Positions 18,742 to 27,250 of a DNA stretch of 34,183 nt are shown here, in pieces. The stretch comes from a virus (Duplodnaviria > Caudoviricetes): positions 1-34,183 of the IMG/VR virus record IMGVR_UViG_3300028588_000808; one strand, 5' to 3'. The position numbers and the translations under genes are program-made. Every line of letters begins with the position of its first letter. The stretch's first letter is position 1. The notes below the pieces were generated by a model, which made no database searches, was not told where the DNA came from, and saw only the letters and a program-made list of their open reading frames with translations.

Positions 18742-18960
18742 ATGAAGCTGACCAAGTTTAAGCTGGTAAACCACGAGGGCCTTACGGGCCTCAACTACAA
18801 GGGCCGCACGATTGCCTTTGATAAAATCGACGACAAGCTGGCCGAGGAACTCATTGGCAAGACCCACGTGCTCGAGCGCGTGCCTGGCACCGAGCCCGCC
18901 ACCACGTCGGAGGCCCCGGCACTGCCGGAGGCCATTGGCGATAAAAAAAAAGCCGAGTAA
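18742..18960 (+). CDS. Small hypothetical structural protein
   Basis: 72-aa ORF with ATG after an AT-rich leader; last gene before the terminator. Confidence 0.7.
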   Translation: MKLTKFKLVNHEGLTGLNYKGRTIAFDKIDDKLAEELIGKTHVLERVPGTEPATTSEAPALPEAIGDKKKAE

Positions 18961-18991
18961 AAGCTAAAGCCAAAAGCTGATAGCCGTCACG

Positions 18992-19025
18992 AAAAGCCTC
19001 ACCTGAGCCCAGGTGGGGCTTTTTT
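18992..19025 (+). terminator. Rho-independent terminator (probably bidirectional)
   Basis: AAAAGCCTCACCTG-agcc-CAGGTGGGGCTTTTTT. Confidence 0.85.
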
Positions 19026-19085
19026 GTGGAGACCTTCAATACGCAAATTATCTATACTAGCTCACTAAAAACACCCTAGCAATAC

Positions 19086-19418
19086 ATGCCTATTCCGGTT
19101 GACATCCTGCTTTCCAGACTCCAGCCGTTGGCTCAGTACCTGGCTAAAGGAACTGATATTGATTCAGGCTTGATGGACGTGTTGGAGAATGCGCTACCCG
19201 AGAAGGAGGCCCTCAAAGTGGCTAAGCTGTTAGATAAATTGCTGCAAGAGCCCCGGGGCGCGCAGGTGCTGGTACTGACCATGACCTACCTGCTCGATGA
19301 GTGGCTGCGGGAGGGTGACGACCGGCTGAGCCGCATTAACAAGGACTTAGACCCCTATACCTGGCTGGCTAGTAGCGACCACCGGGAAGTGGTGCAGACC
19401 TTCCGCGAACTGCTCTAA
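19086..19418 (+). CDS. Hypothetical protein (moron-like, 110 aa)
   Basis: Lies between a terminator and late promoter P4; visibly lower GC. Confidence 0.7.
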   Translation: MPIPVDILLSRLQPLAQYLAKGTDIDSGLMDVLENALPEKEALKVAKLLDKLLQEPRGAQVLVLTMTYLLDEWLREGDDRLSRINKDLDPYTWLASSDHREVVQTFRELL

Positions 19419-19421
19419 ATC

Positions 19422-19485
19422 CGTCCTACTGGCCGGTTGCCCATTCCGATAGCTTTGATTTCAATAATCCTGAAATCAAAGCTAT
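19422..19485 (+). promoter_or_regulatory. Putative late promoter P4 (CGTCCTAC-N20-TAGCTTTG) with overlapping 15-bp inverted repeat
   Basis: Perfect TAnnTTTG box at 19450-19457; IR ATAGCTTTGATTTCA/TGAAATCAAAGCTAT at 19449-19485. Confidence 0.75.
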
Positions 19486-19491
19486 TCGCTA

Positions 19492-20271
19492 ATGGAACAT
19501 GAATTAGAAGAGGTATTTACCTGGCTCGAAGCTGGTGCCGCGGCCGACTACCAGGCCGGTGTGCTGGTGCTGCAAAAGCATACCGGCAATCGGAGCCTGG
19601 TGAACCTACTCCTTAAAAAGGAATCGGTAGGCAACCGCGATAAGCTTGTTTACGAGCTAATTAAAATAGGCTGCGAGGGCCGTATTGAAGATATAAGCGA
19701 GGTGCTCAACCACTTCGCCCAGGCCGTGCAGGGTGCGGTGGTGCAGGCGGATGCTCAGGTAGTGGAAGCCCTCGGCCCGCAGCTGGAGCCTGAGCAGCCC
19801 GCCCCGGCCCACGTGCCCGACGAGTTGCGCCCCCAGGTGGACGACCTCACGCAGCTCATGAGCAAGGTGTACGGCCAGCGCGTGCAGCTGAGCAATAGCC
19901 TTTACGACCTGCTCGAGGCCGAGACGCCTGCGGTGGTAGCCCAAATTCTGGCCTTGGAGACGCAGTACAACGCCCTGGCCAAGAAGCGCAGCAATGTGCT
20001 GGCCGGCGAGCCCGCTGCCCCTGAGCAGCCCACTGCCCCGGCTGAGCCGTTCGCGCCGGAGGCTGCTGCACCTGGTGCTACCGAATCCGCGGCGCCTGGC
20101 ATCGACCGGGCCGAATTGATAAATCAACGCAACTCCCTGCGCTCGCGCATTTCGAAAGCTAGGAAAAGCGCCGAAACGGCTAAGACGGAAGCGAAGCGGA
20201 GCGAATACGCGCAGAAATTGGGTAAGCTAGAAGTAGAACTGCAACAGGTTGATATGCAGCTGAAGGCATGA
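19492..20271 (+). CDS. Coiled-coil phage protein (259 aa)
   Basis: Helical heptads with a Pro/Ala linker; upstream of the terminase genes. Confidence 0.75.
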   Translation: MEHELEEVFTWLEAGAAADYQAGVLVLQKHTGNRSLVNLLLKKESVGNRDKLVYELIKIGCEGRIEDISEVLNHFAQAVQGAVVQADAQVVEALGPQLEPEQPAPAHVPDELRPQVDDLTQLMSKVYGQRVQLSNSLYDLLEAETPAVVAQILALETQYNALAKKRSNVLAGEPAAPEQPTAPAEPFAPEAAAPGATESAAPGIDRAELINQRNSLRSRISKARKSAETAKTEAKRSEYAQKLGKLEVELQQVDMQLKA

Positions 20272-20447
20272 GCAAGCTCCTACTCCTCGTGTTCCTGTTG
20301 AGCCTGGGGCTCGGCAGCTGCTCATCCGCCCGGCATAGCGGGCAGGCACCCCGGCCCTGGGTTCGCTACTACCACCGCCAGCAGCGCAAGCAAGAGCGTG
20401 CGCGTCGCCAGCAAGTTAAAACCAACGTCACGTGGAGCAAGCTATAA
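20268..20447 (+). CDS. Small basic lipoprotein (59 aa)
   Basis: ATGA coupling; MSKLLLLVFLLSLGLGS-C lipobox; Arg/Gln-rich tail; too short for the ORF track. Confidence 0.65.
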   Translation: MSKLLLLVFLLSLGLGSCSSARHSGQAPRPWVRYYHRQQRKQERARRQQVKTNVTWSKL

Positions 20448-20463
20448 GCTGCGGCTCGTTCTG

Positions 20464-20541
20464 AAAAGACGAAGCCCGACTGGCAATTGCCAGTCGGGCT
20501 TCTATCAAATCACCCTTTGGCATCTCACAAACACCAAAGGA
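20464..20541 (-). ncRNA. Predicted ~78-nt antisense small RNA
   Basis: Minus-strand TAGCTTTG box at 20552-20545; 5' stem-loop CCUUUGGUGUU-UGUGA-GAUGCCAAAGG; 3' 32-bp palindrome (20471-20502) followed by GUCUUUU; 24/25 nt complementary to 18130-18154. Confidence 0.55.
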
Positions 20542-20564
20542 CTGCAAAGCTACGCACGTAAAAC

Positions 20565-20616
20565 CGTCCTACTAGCGCCTTGAGCGGGATTACATCTTGA
20601 GTGGTGTAATCCCGCT
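20565..20616 (+). promoter_or_regulatory. Putative late promoter P5 (CGTCCTAC-N19-ACATCTTG) with overlapping 12-bp inverted repeat
   Basis: IR AGCGGGATTACA/TGTAATCCCGCT at 20583-20616 then a T-run and ATG 20622. Confidence 0.7.
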
Positions 20617-20621
20617 TTTTT

Positions 20622-21149
20622 ATGAAACAACTGAAAGGCAAGCCTGATAAACTTGACAAATACAGGTCGCACCTCATGGATGGGGCTGACCTCAAGGAAG
20701 AGGAGCTAGCGATGCTGGCTAAATACCGAAAGGCCCACGGGCTGCTGTGCCTAGGCTTCAGCCGCAACCAGGTGCTGGCCACGCTGGAGAAAGAATACGA
20801 GCTGAGCCAGCCGCAGCTCTACGCCATCGTGCGCGAGAGCGTCACCCTCTACGGCTCGATTGAGGAGGTTGATAAAAAGGGCCAGCGCGTGATTGCGGTT
20901 GAAAACTACAAGCTGCTGGCCAACCTGGCCCGCAAGAATGGGGACATCGGCAACGCCATCAGGGCTACAGAGCTGAGCGACAAGCTACAAGGGCTCTTTG
21001 AGCCTGAAAAGAGCGTGCTCGATGCGAAAGCCTTCCTCATCCCCGTGCCCATGAATTTCAGCACCGACCCGGCCGTCTATCTGGCTCAGGAGACAAATGC
21101 TACAGAAGATACTGATTACGAAGACGTAAGCGAACCAGAAGATGAATAA
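20622..21149 (+). CDS. Terminase small subunit (putative)
   Basis: HTH-like GFSRNQVLATLEKEYELSQPQLYAIVRE; overlaps the TerL start. Confidence 0.7.
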   Translation: MKQLKGKPDKLDKYRSHLMDGADLKEEELAMLAKYRKAHGLLCLGFSRNQVLATLEKEYELSQPQLYAIVRESVTLYGSIEEVDKKGQRVIAVENYKLLANLARKNGDIGNAIRATELSDKLQGLFEPEKSVLDAKAFLIPVPMNFSTDPAVYLAQETNATEDTDYEDVSEPEDE

Positions 21150-22635
21150 AGCGAGAAACACCCCAGGCCGGTTTATCTACGTTAATGAAAAGCAGCGCCA
21201 GTTCTTGGCGGCCACCCAGAAGCGCCGCACCTTCGTAGGTGGTCGGGGCTCGGGCAAGACTACCGTAGCTGGCCACCAGACGCGGGTCGAGATGAACTAC
21301 CTGCCCAGGGCTAAGGGCTTTCTGGCGGGCCTGACCTACACGCAGCTCACCAGTAATACGCTGCCGGCAATGGAAAAAGCCTGGTACGACCACGGCCTGC
21401 GCGAGTATGACCCTAAAACCGGCTTTGGTCACTACGTCAAGGGCAAGCGCCCCCCATCTGACTGGATTAAGCCCCACCTGCCCCCCAGTAACTACGAGAA
21501 CGTCGTTTCCTTTCTGAATGGCTACACCATCCAGATGCTGAGCATGGACCGGGCCGAGCTAGCCCGTGGTGGTAACTACGACTTCGGCCACATTGACGAA
21601 TCGGCGCTGATGAAGGAGGAGCACGTGAACAAGATTCTGCGCCCCATGATTCGAGGTAACATCCACCGCTTTCCGCACTACCTGCACCAAACCTTCTGCG
21701 ACTACACGTCGGTTCCGTGGCTGCCCTCAGGCCAGTGGGTGTTCAAGGTCGAGGACCTGGCCAAGAGCGAGCCCGAGAATTATTTCTTTCTCGAAAGCAC
21801 CGCCTACGATAACGCGACGGTGTTAGGTGAGAAATACTTCCGCGACCTGCGGAATAGTATAGACCCGCTGGAGTGGGACGTAGAGGTGATGAATAAGCGC
21901 CTGACCAAACTACCCAACTCGTTCTACCCCAGCTTTAATGACGAGAAGCATGGGGTATGGAAAACCTTCACCTACACCCACGACGATAAGACCGGGCTCA
22001 CCCTGGCCATCGACAGCGACCGCGACCCAGCGCGGGAACTGGAGCTATCGTTTGACTTCAACGCCGGCTTCACGTCGGTTATCGTGTGCCAGGAGAATGG
22101 CAATGAGTTTCGTAGTCTGGATGCGCTCTGGGTCAAGCAGAGCGAAACCACCGTGCTCGACTCCCTCGTGACCAAGTTCTGCGATACCTACGAGAGCCAC
22201 GAGCGCAAGCACGCCGTTATCTATGGTGACCGTAACGGTAACAACAAGCAGGTGGGTGCGAACCTCACCTTCTACCAAACCATCCAGCAGGGCCTGGTTG
22301 CGCGGGGGTGGAACTCGGTGCTCATGGTGCAGGGCCTCGACCCTGACCACCGCCTCAAGCACATTGCCATCAACCAACTGCTGGCCGAAACCAACCCGCG
22401 CCTGCCCGTCATGCGCTTCAACCGTAACAAGTGCAAGTATCTTATCATTAGTATTCAGCAGTCCCCTATCAACCCCGACTGGACGAAGAACAAGAACAGC
22501 GAGAAGGCTGCCATTGAGCAGGAGCGCGCGACTCACCTCAGCGACTGCTTCGATAACATCGTGTATCGTAAGTATGGCCACCTCTTTGGCCAAGCCCAGG
22601 TGCATGAGCCGGTCTACTTCCTTGGTCGAGGCTAG
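21142..22635 (+). CDS. terL: Terminase large subunit
   Basis: Q motif NEKQ, Walker A GGRGSGKT, Walker B HIDES, nuclease SFDFN, IYGD and HLSDCFD. Confidence 0.93.
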   Translation: MNKARNTPGRFIYVNEKQRQFLAATQKRRTFVGGRGSGKTTVAGHQTRVEMNYLPRAKGFLAGLTYTQLTSNTLPAMEKAWYDHGLREYDPKTGFGHYVKGKRPPSDWIKPHLPPSNYENVVSFLNGYTIQMLSMDRAELARGGNYDFGHIDESALMKEEHVNKILRPMIRGNIHRFPHYLHQTFCDYTSVPWLPSGQWVFKVEDLAKSEPENYFFLESTAYDNATVLGEKYFRDLRNSIDPLEWDVEVMNKRLTKLPNSFYPSFNDEKHGVWKTFTYTHDDKTGLTLAIDSDRDPARELELSFDFNAGFTSVIVCQENGNEFRSLDALWVKQSETTVLDSLVTKFCDTYESHERKHAVIYGDRNGNNKQVGANLTFYQTIQQGLVARGWNSVLMVQGLDPDHRLKHIAINQLLAETNPRLPVMRFNRNKCKYLIISIQQSPINPDWTKNKNSEKAAIEQERATHLSDCFDNIVYRKYGHLFGQAQVHEPVYFLGRG

Positions 22636-22668
22636 GCTACCTGGTACGCGAGGTGGCAATTGCCACTT

Positions 22669-22724
22669 GCCAACCACCAAAAAGGGCCCTGGCGATACCG
22701 TCAGGGCCCTTTTTGGTGGTTGGC
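22669..22724. terminator. 23-bp inverted repeat after terL (terminator-like, bidirectional)
   Basis: GCCAACCACCAAAAAGGGCCCTG / CAGGGCCCTTTTTGGTGGTTGGC. Confidence 0.75.
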
Positions 22725-22894
22725 CACCCCCCAGAGGCCATTCATATAATCACTCAAAATTGCCCTTTTGGCAATTGCCAAATGCTAAAGGGCGCGCACT
22801 GCCGCGTGGGTCACGCAATAAAATTCGGACGCTTGGCGGCGCGTTTTGGCTGGTTTTCCGCTAGTTGCCTCGCCAGTACGCAATAATTTATTTT

Positions 22895-22929
22895 CGTCCT
22901 ACGCGCCGGGGGGCGAAAGTGGCAATTTG
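22895..22929 (+). promoter_or_regulatory. Putative late promoter P6 (CGTCCTAC-N19-GCAATTTG)
   Basis: Bipartite motif; ATG at 22936. Confidence 0.7.
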
Positions 22930-22935
22930 AGTTCC

Positions 22936-23253
22936 ATGCTACGGACTCACATTCACATTCGCACAGTACTGGCCGATATAGAACTACCAGGCGGCGACGG
23001 CCAGCCGCTGGCCTTTTCCATCGGCTATTGTAAAACCAATGGCCAGCGGGGCAGCAAGCCGGCGGTGAAAAAAGGCGGGCTTTCGGGCGTGGGCGGCCTG
23101 AGTACAGCCGGCCCCGAGGGCCGCAGCGCCTTCCGCTACAAGGTCAAGGAGAAGGGCACCCTGCAACTCGTGGACTGCGCCACGGGCCAGCCCTTTGCGC
23201 TCAAAATCAATCTACTCACGGAGTACAACGGCCGGCGCATTCTGCACGGGTAA
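22936..23253 (+). CDS. Hypothetical protein preceding the portal (105 aa)
   Basis: ATG at 22936 just after P6; LLTEYNG C-terminus. Confidence 0.7.
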   Translation: MLRTHIHIRTVLADIELPGGDGQPLAFSIGYCKTNGQRGSKPAVKKGGLSGVGGLSTAGPEGRSAFRYKVKEKGTLQLVDCATGQPFALKINLLTEYNGRRILHG

Positions 23254-23256
23254 GCG

Positions 23257-24531
23257 ATGAAAGCACGGCAAATCAAAGAATTGGATGGTGGGCTGTATAT
23301 CCTGCCCGGTGCCAAGGCCATCGTTGAACTCACCGGCAGCGACAAGGCCGAGGACGTGAACTTCGGGGGCCTGGTGCTGAGCAGCGGGGGCCTCAAGCTC
23401 GCGCCCTGGGGGCCGGACAACCTGCAACCGCAGAAAATGCTGGAGCTGGTGCACAACAACCACCTAAAGCCCCAGCTCATTACCACGGGCCGCGATTTGG
23501 TGCTGGGCTCACGCCTGGGCGTGTTTAAGCGCACCATCGTGGCCGGTAAGGAGAGCGTGGAGCCGGTGCTCGATACTGAGATGGAGGACTGGTTTGAGTC
23601 CATCGACGGCGATTCCACGCTGCAAAGCCTGGCCTTCAACCTAGAAACGTTCGCCAACTACTTCAGTGTGTTCACGCTGGCGAGCAAAAGCTACGTGGAG
23701 GCCATCCAGAGCTTCGACTGCACCATCGGCCGCGCCCTGGTCACGACCAAGCCCAAGCCCGACCGCTACGCCTTTCACCACGATTTCCGCAATTTCAAGG
23801 CGGCCGAGGCCAAAATTCTGCCTGCCTTCGACCCGTTGAACCCGGGCAAGTACGGCGAGTTCGTGCTGCACGGCCGCGACTGGACGCCGGGCCAGAAGTA
23901 CTACGACATTCCGCCCTACTGGGGCACCCGGAAGTGGACGGAGGTCAGCAACAAGATTCCGCGCTTTCACTCGTCGGGGCTGGACAACGGCTATAACGTC
24001 AAGTACCACATCAAGATACCGGCCGGCTACTTCGACCAGTTTGGCGACACGCCCGAGAAGCGCAAGGCGGCCGAACTCGAACTCATGGCCAACATGAACG
24101 AGATGCTGGCCGGGGTCGAAAACACCGATAAAGTATTCGTCAGCAAGTTTATGATGGACGCTAGTGGCAAGCCGCTGCCGGGCTGGGAAATCGTGCCCAT
24201 CGAGAACAAGATGAGCGACGATGCCTATACGGCGGTGAACCAGCAGGCCAACATTGCCCACACCTCGGGCCACGGCATCGACCCCTCACTGGCCGGCATC
24301 GACACGGGCAGCAAGCTCGGCGGCTCGGGCTCCGAGAAGCGCATCAGCTACCAACTGCACATCGCCATGCGCACGCCCCAGAAGCGCAAGATTCTGCTCA
24401 AAACGTTGCAGGCCGCCCACAAAATCATGGGCTTCGACCCCGCCCACCGCTTCGGCTTCGTGGACGTGGACATCACCACGATTGCCGAAAACCCCAAGGG
24501 ACAGGAGAAAACCGCTAATAAAGGCCAATAA
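23257..24531 (+). CDS. Portal protein (putative)
   Basis: 424 aa; PWGPDN, YYDIPPY, YHIKIP, HGIDPSLAG, SGSEKR motifs of Bacteroidota phage portals. Confidence 0.8.
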   Translation: MKARQIKELDGGLYILPGAKAIVELTGSDKAEDVNFGGLVLSSGGLKLAPWGPDNLQPQKMLELVHNNHLKPQLITTGRDLVLGSRLGVFKRTIVAGKESVEPVLDTEMEDWFESIDGDSTLQSLAFNLETFANYFSVFTLASKSYVEAIQSFDCTIGRALVTTKPKPDRYAFHHDFRNFKAAEAKILPAFDPLNPGKYGEFVLHGRDWTPGQKYYDIPPYWGTRKWTEVSNKIPRFHSSGLDNGYNVKYHIKIPAGYFDQFGDTPEKRKAAELELMANMNEMLAGVENTDKVFVSKFMMDASGKPLPGWEIVPIENKMSDDAYTAVNQQANIAHTSGHGIDPSLAGIDTGSKLGGSGSEKRISYQLHIAMRTPQKRKILLKTLQAAHKIMGFDPAHRFGFVDVDITTIAENPKGQEKTANKGQ

Positions 24532-24535
24532 AACG

Positions 24536-25477
24536 ATGCTATTCAATACTGTAGACGAAATAAAAGTATGTACTCCGTCCGTGTACAGGAGCCAGGCCAC
24601 GAGCCTGCTCAGCTACGTGGCCACGGCGGAGGCGCTGCACCTGGCGCCCGTGCTGGGCGCGGGGCTGGTGTACCAGCTGGGCAATCTGCCGGCCACGGGC
24701 GCCCCGGCGCACCTGCTGGCCCTGCGCGAGCAGCTGCGCCCGGCCCTGGCCCATTACGTGGTGCTCGAAGCCGCCCCGCTGCTGGCCGTGTCACTCAACG
24801 ACCAAGGGGTAAACGAGGCGAGCGCGGCGGGGGCCGCGCCCTCGCGGCAGTGGGTGTACAACAACTTCATCGAAGCCGCCAGCGCCACGGCCGATAAGTT
24901 GCTCGACCTGGCCCTGGCTTGGCTCGACGACCACGCCACCGATTACGTGCAGGAGCTGAACTCGAAGGAGTACCGCTCGCGCTCGCGCCTACTCATCGCC
25001 AATGCGGCGCAGCTGGGCCTTTACCTGGCCACGGGCTACAGCCGCCGCTTCTTTCTGGCCCTGCTGCCGACGCTTCGGCAGGTGGAGGAGTTTGAAATCT
25101 GCGACTTGCTGGGCGAAACTCTGCTCGAAGACCTGCGCGATGGGTTGGAAAGCGGCCTGGCACCCTCGGCAGCCACTAAGAAGCTGCTGGGCCTGGTGCG
25201 GCCGGTGCTGGCCCACCGGGCACTTGCCCAGGGCATTTTGAGCCTGAGCGTGGCGCTCACCGGCACCACCCTGCGGCTGCTCTCCGACAACGAGGCCGTG
25301 CGCCAGCGCCTGGCCGCCGATGAGAAGGCTATTTCGGCCCTGAGCCAGCAGGCCACGGCGGCAGCCGATAAGTGGCAGGCCAAGCTCGCCACTTATCTCG
25401 ATGCGCAGCGCCCCACCGAGCCTACCGTGTTGGCCGAGTTGCACGACAACCGGGGCTCTAAAAGCTTCATGGTCTGA
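24536..25477 (+). CDS. DUF6712-like protein (possible head-tail adaptor)
   Basis: ATG at 24536 after the portal; two internally similar helical halves. Confidence 0.65.
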   Translation: MLFNTVDEIKVCTPSVYRSQATSLLSYVATAEALHLAPVLGAGLVYQLGNLPATGAPAHLLALREQLRPALAHYVVLEAAPLLAVSLNDQGVNEASAAGAAPSRQWVYNNFIEAASATADKLLDLALAWLDDHATDYVQELNSKEYRSRSRLLIANAAQLGLYLATGYSRRFFLALLPTLRQVEEFEICDLLGETLLEDLRDGLESGLAPSAATKKLLGLVRPVLAHRALAQGILSLSVALTGTTLRLLSDNEAVRQRLAADEKAISALSQQATAAADKWQAKLATYLDAQRPTEPTVLAELHDNRGSKSFMV

Positions 25478-25944
25478 TGCTGCGCGTTCTTCTCACGATT
25501 GAGTTCGTGCAGCTACTGGCCATCGTGGCGGCGGGCCTGAGCGGCTTTGTCGAAAAGCATATTTGGTCACCGGCCTACAGCTACTACCTGCTGCTGGGGC
25601 TGGTGGTGCTCGACGTGCTGACCAACAACCTGGTCGAGGGCAAGCCCCTGCGGCCGCGCAATCTGGCCCTGCGGGTGCTGGGCTACACGCTGCTCATGGC
25701 CTTCGCCCACGGCTTTGGCGAGCACGAGAAGGGTCTGTTTTTCATCCCGCAGCTGGTGCTCGCGCCCTTCGTCTTGGTGCATATGCGCCGCCTAATCATT
25801 TCGCTGGGCAAGCTAGAGTGGGTCGATAGCGATGTGGCCCAGCTACTTGGCAAGCGCATCACGGCCCGCGCCGAAGCCGAAACGCCGGCACCGGCACCAG
25901 GGGCTACCCCCGAACCCACCCCCGAACCTGAGCCCGCTGCCTGA
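25477..25944 (+). CDS. Holin-like membrane protein
   Basis: Three to four hydrophobic segments and a Pro/Glu-rich tail; near the endolysin. Confidence 0.6.
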   Translation: MLRVLLTIEFVQLLAIVAAGLSGFVEKHIWSPAYSYYLLLGLVVLDVLTNNLVEGKPLRPRNLALRVLGYTLLMAFAHGFGEHEKGLFFIPQLVLAPFVLVHMRRLIISLGKLEWVDSDVAQLLGKRITARAEAETPAPAPGATPEPTPEPEPAA

Positions 25945-26771
25945 TGCGCACCTTTCGCCTCGCCGACCGCCCCCACCAGGTGCCCGGCAGCTGGGCCGAG
26001 CTAACGCCCGCCCAGCTATTTGCCGCCGCGCCCTACCTGAGCCAGGATACCGTGGCCGGCCGCCACGCCGTGCTGCGGGCCTGGTGCCCCCAGCTGCGCG
26101 ATAAGGACGTGCGCCAACTCACGCCCGAGCAGCTCTGGGATTTGCTCGACCTCGTGCGCTGGGCCTGGGCCTCGGAGCCCGATACCCAGCACGTGCAGCA
26201 GTTCCGCCACCGGGGCCGCACCTACCACCTGCCCGAGCCGCTGCTGAAGGATGCCGTGGCCATTGAGTACGCGATGGCCACCGTCTTCTTTCACCAGTTT
26301 GCCCACCCCACTAGGCCCCAGGTGGGGGCGCTCGACCAGCTCGTGGCCACGCTCTGCCGGCCGCTGCACCCAGAGCTGGCCGCGCTGCAGGAAGACCCGG
26401 CCTGGGACGGGCAGCGCCGCGAGCGCTACAACGGCAAGCTGGCCGAGGCCCGGGCCAAAGAGCTGGTGGATGCGCCGCTGGGCGTGAAAGTCGTGGTGCT
26501 GCACCATTTTCTGCACGCGCAACGCTTTATCCACAAGGCTTATAAAGACCTGTTCAAAAGCAGCGGCCCCGCGGCCGAGAGCCCGCCCGGTAAGCCCGCG
26601 CCCCGGCCCACCAGCGACGGCACCGAGCTACTGGAGCTGCTGGCCGACCTCGCCGAGCGCGGCCTCTACGGCACCTACGACCAGGTCACGCACACCCAGC
26701 TCCACACCGTCTTGTTCAACCTGGCCAAACAGGCCCGCAGCCGGCGCGCAGCCGAGAGAGAAAACCGATGA
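25944..26771 (+). CDS. Phage protein (possible tail assembly chaperone)
   Basis: VPGSWAELT N-terminus, LVATLCRP; coupled to both neighbours. Confidence 0.6.
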   Translation: MRTFRLADRPHQVPGSWAELTPAQLFAAAPYLSQDTVAGRHAVLRAWCPQLRDKDVRQLTPEQLWDLLDLVRWAWASEPDTQHVQQFRHRGRTYHLPEPLLKDAVAIEYAMATVFFHQFAHPTRPQVGALDQLVATLCRPLHPELAALQEDPAWDGQRRERYNGKLAEARAKELVDAPLGVKVVVLHHFLHAQRFIHKAYKDLFKSSGPAAESPPGKPAPRPTSDGTELLELLADLAERGLYGTYDQVTHTQLHTVLFNLAKQARSRRAAERENR

Positions 26772-27232
26772 AACTATCCGCTACGGGGTTAGCCCTGATT
26801 AAGAAGGAAGAAGCCTTCGTGGCCCGCCGCTACCTGTGCGCCGCTGGCAAGCCCACCATTGGCTACGGGCACGTGATTCTGCCGGCCGAAGCGCGCTACA
26901 ACACGGCCACGCTCACCGAGGCCGAGGCCAGCGCCCTGCTGCAAGCTGACGTGGATAAGAAGTACGGCGCCCACGTGGCCAAGAGCCTCACCCGCGCCGT
27001 CACGCAAAACCAGTTTGATGCCATGGTGTCGCTGTGCTTCAACATCGGCACGGCGGGCTTCAGCAAGTCGAGCGTGCTGCGCCTGGCCAACGTCGGAACC
27101 ACCGATAAGGTGGCCGTTACGGCTGCCTTTGGGGCCTGGAATAAGGTCACCAATCCCAAAACCAAGCAATTAGAGCCCAACAAGGGCCTTACCCTGCGCC
27201 GTGCCCGCGAGGCCGCGCTGTACCTGTCTTAA
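26768..27232 (+). CDS. Endolysin, GH24 phage lysozyme
   Basis: IKKEE..YLCAAGKPTIGYGH, QNQFDAMVSLCFNIG, GLTLRRAREAALY. Confidence 0.95.
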   Translation: MKLSATGLALIKKEEAFVARRYLCAAGKPTIGYGHVILPAEARYNTATLTEAEASALLQADVDKKYGAHVAKSLTRAVTQNQFDAMVSLCFNIGTAGFSKSSVLRLANVGTTDKVAVTAAFGAWNKVTNPKTKQLEPNKGLTLRRAREAALYLS

Positions 27233-27250
27233 CCGCTTAATTCTACTAAA

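Noticed and set aside
18943-18980. A9 run after the tail tube gene as a G/GT chaperone frameshift
   Set aside because: The -1 frame stops at 18978-18980 after about nine codons, so no extended product
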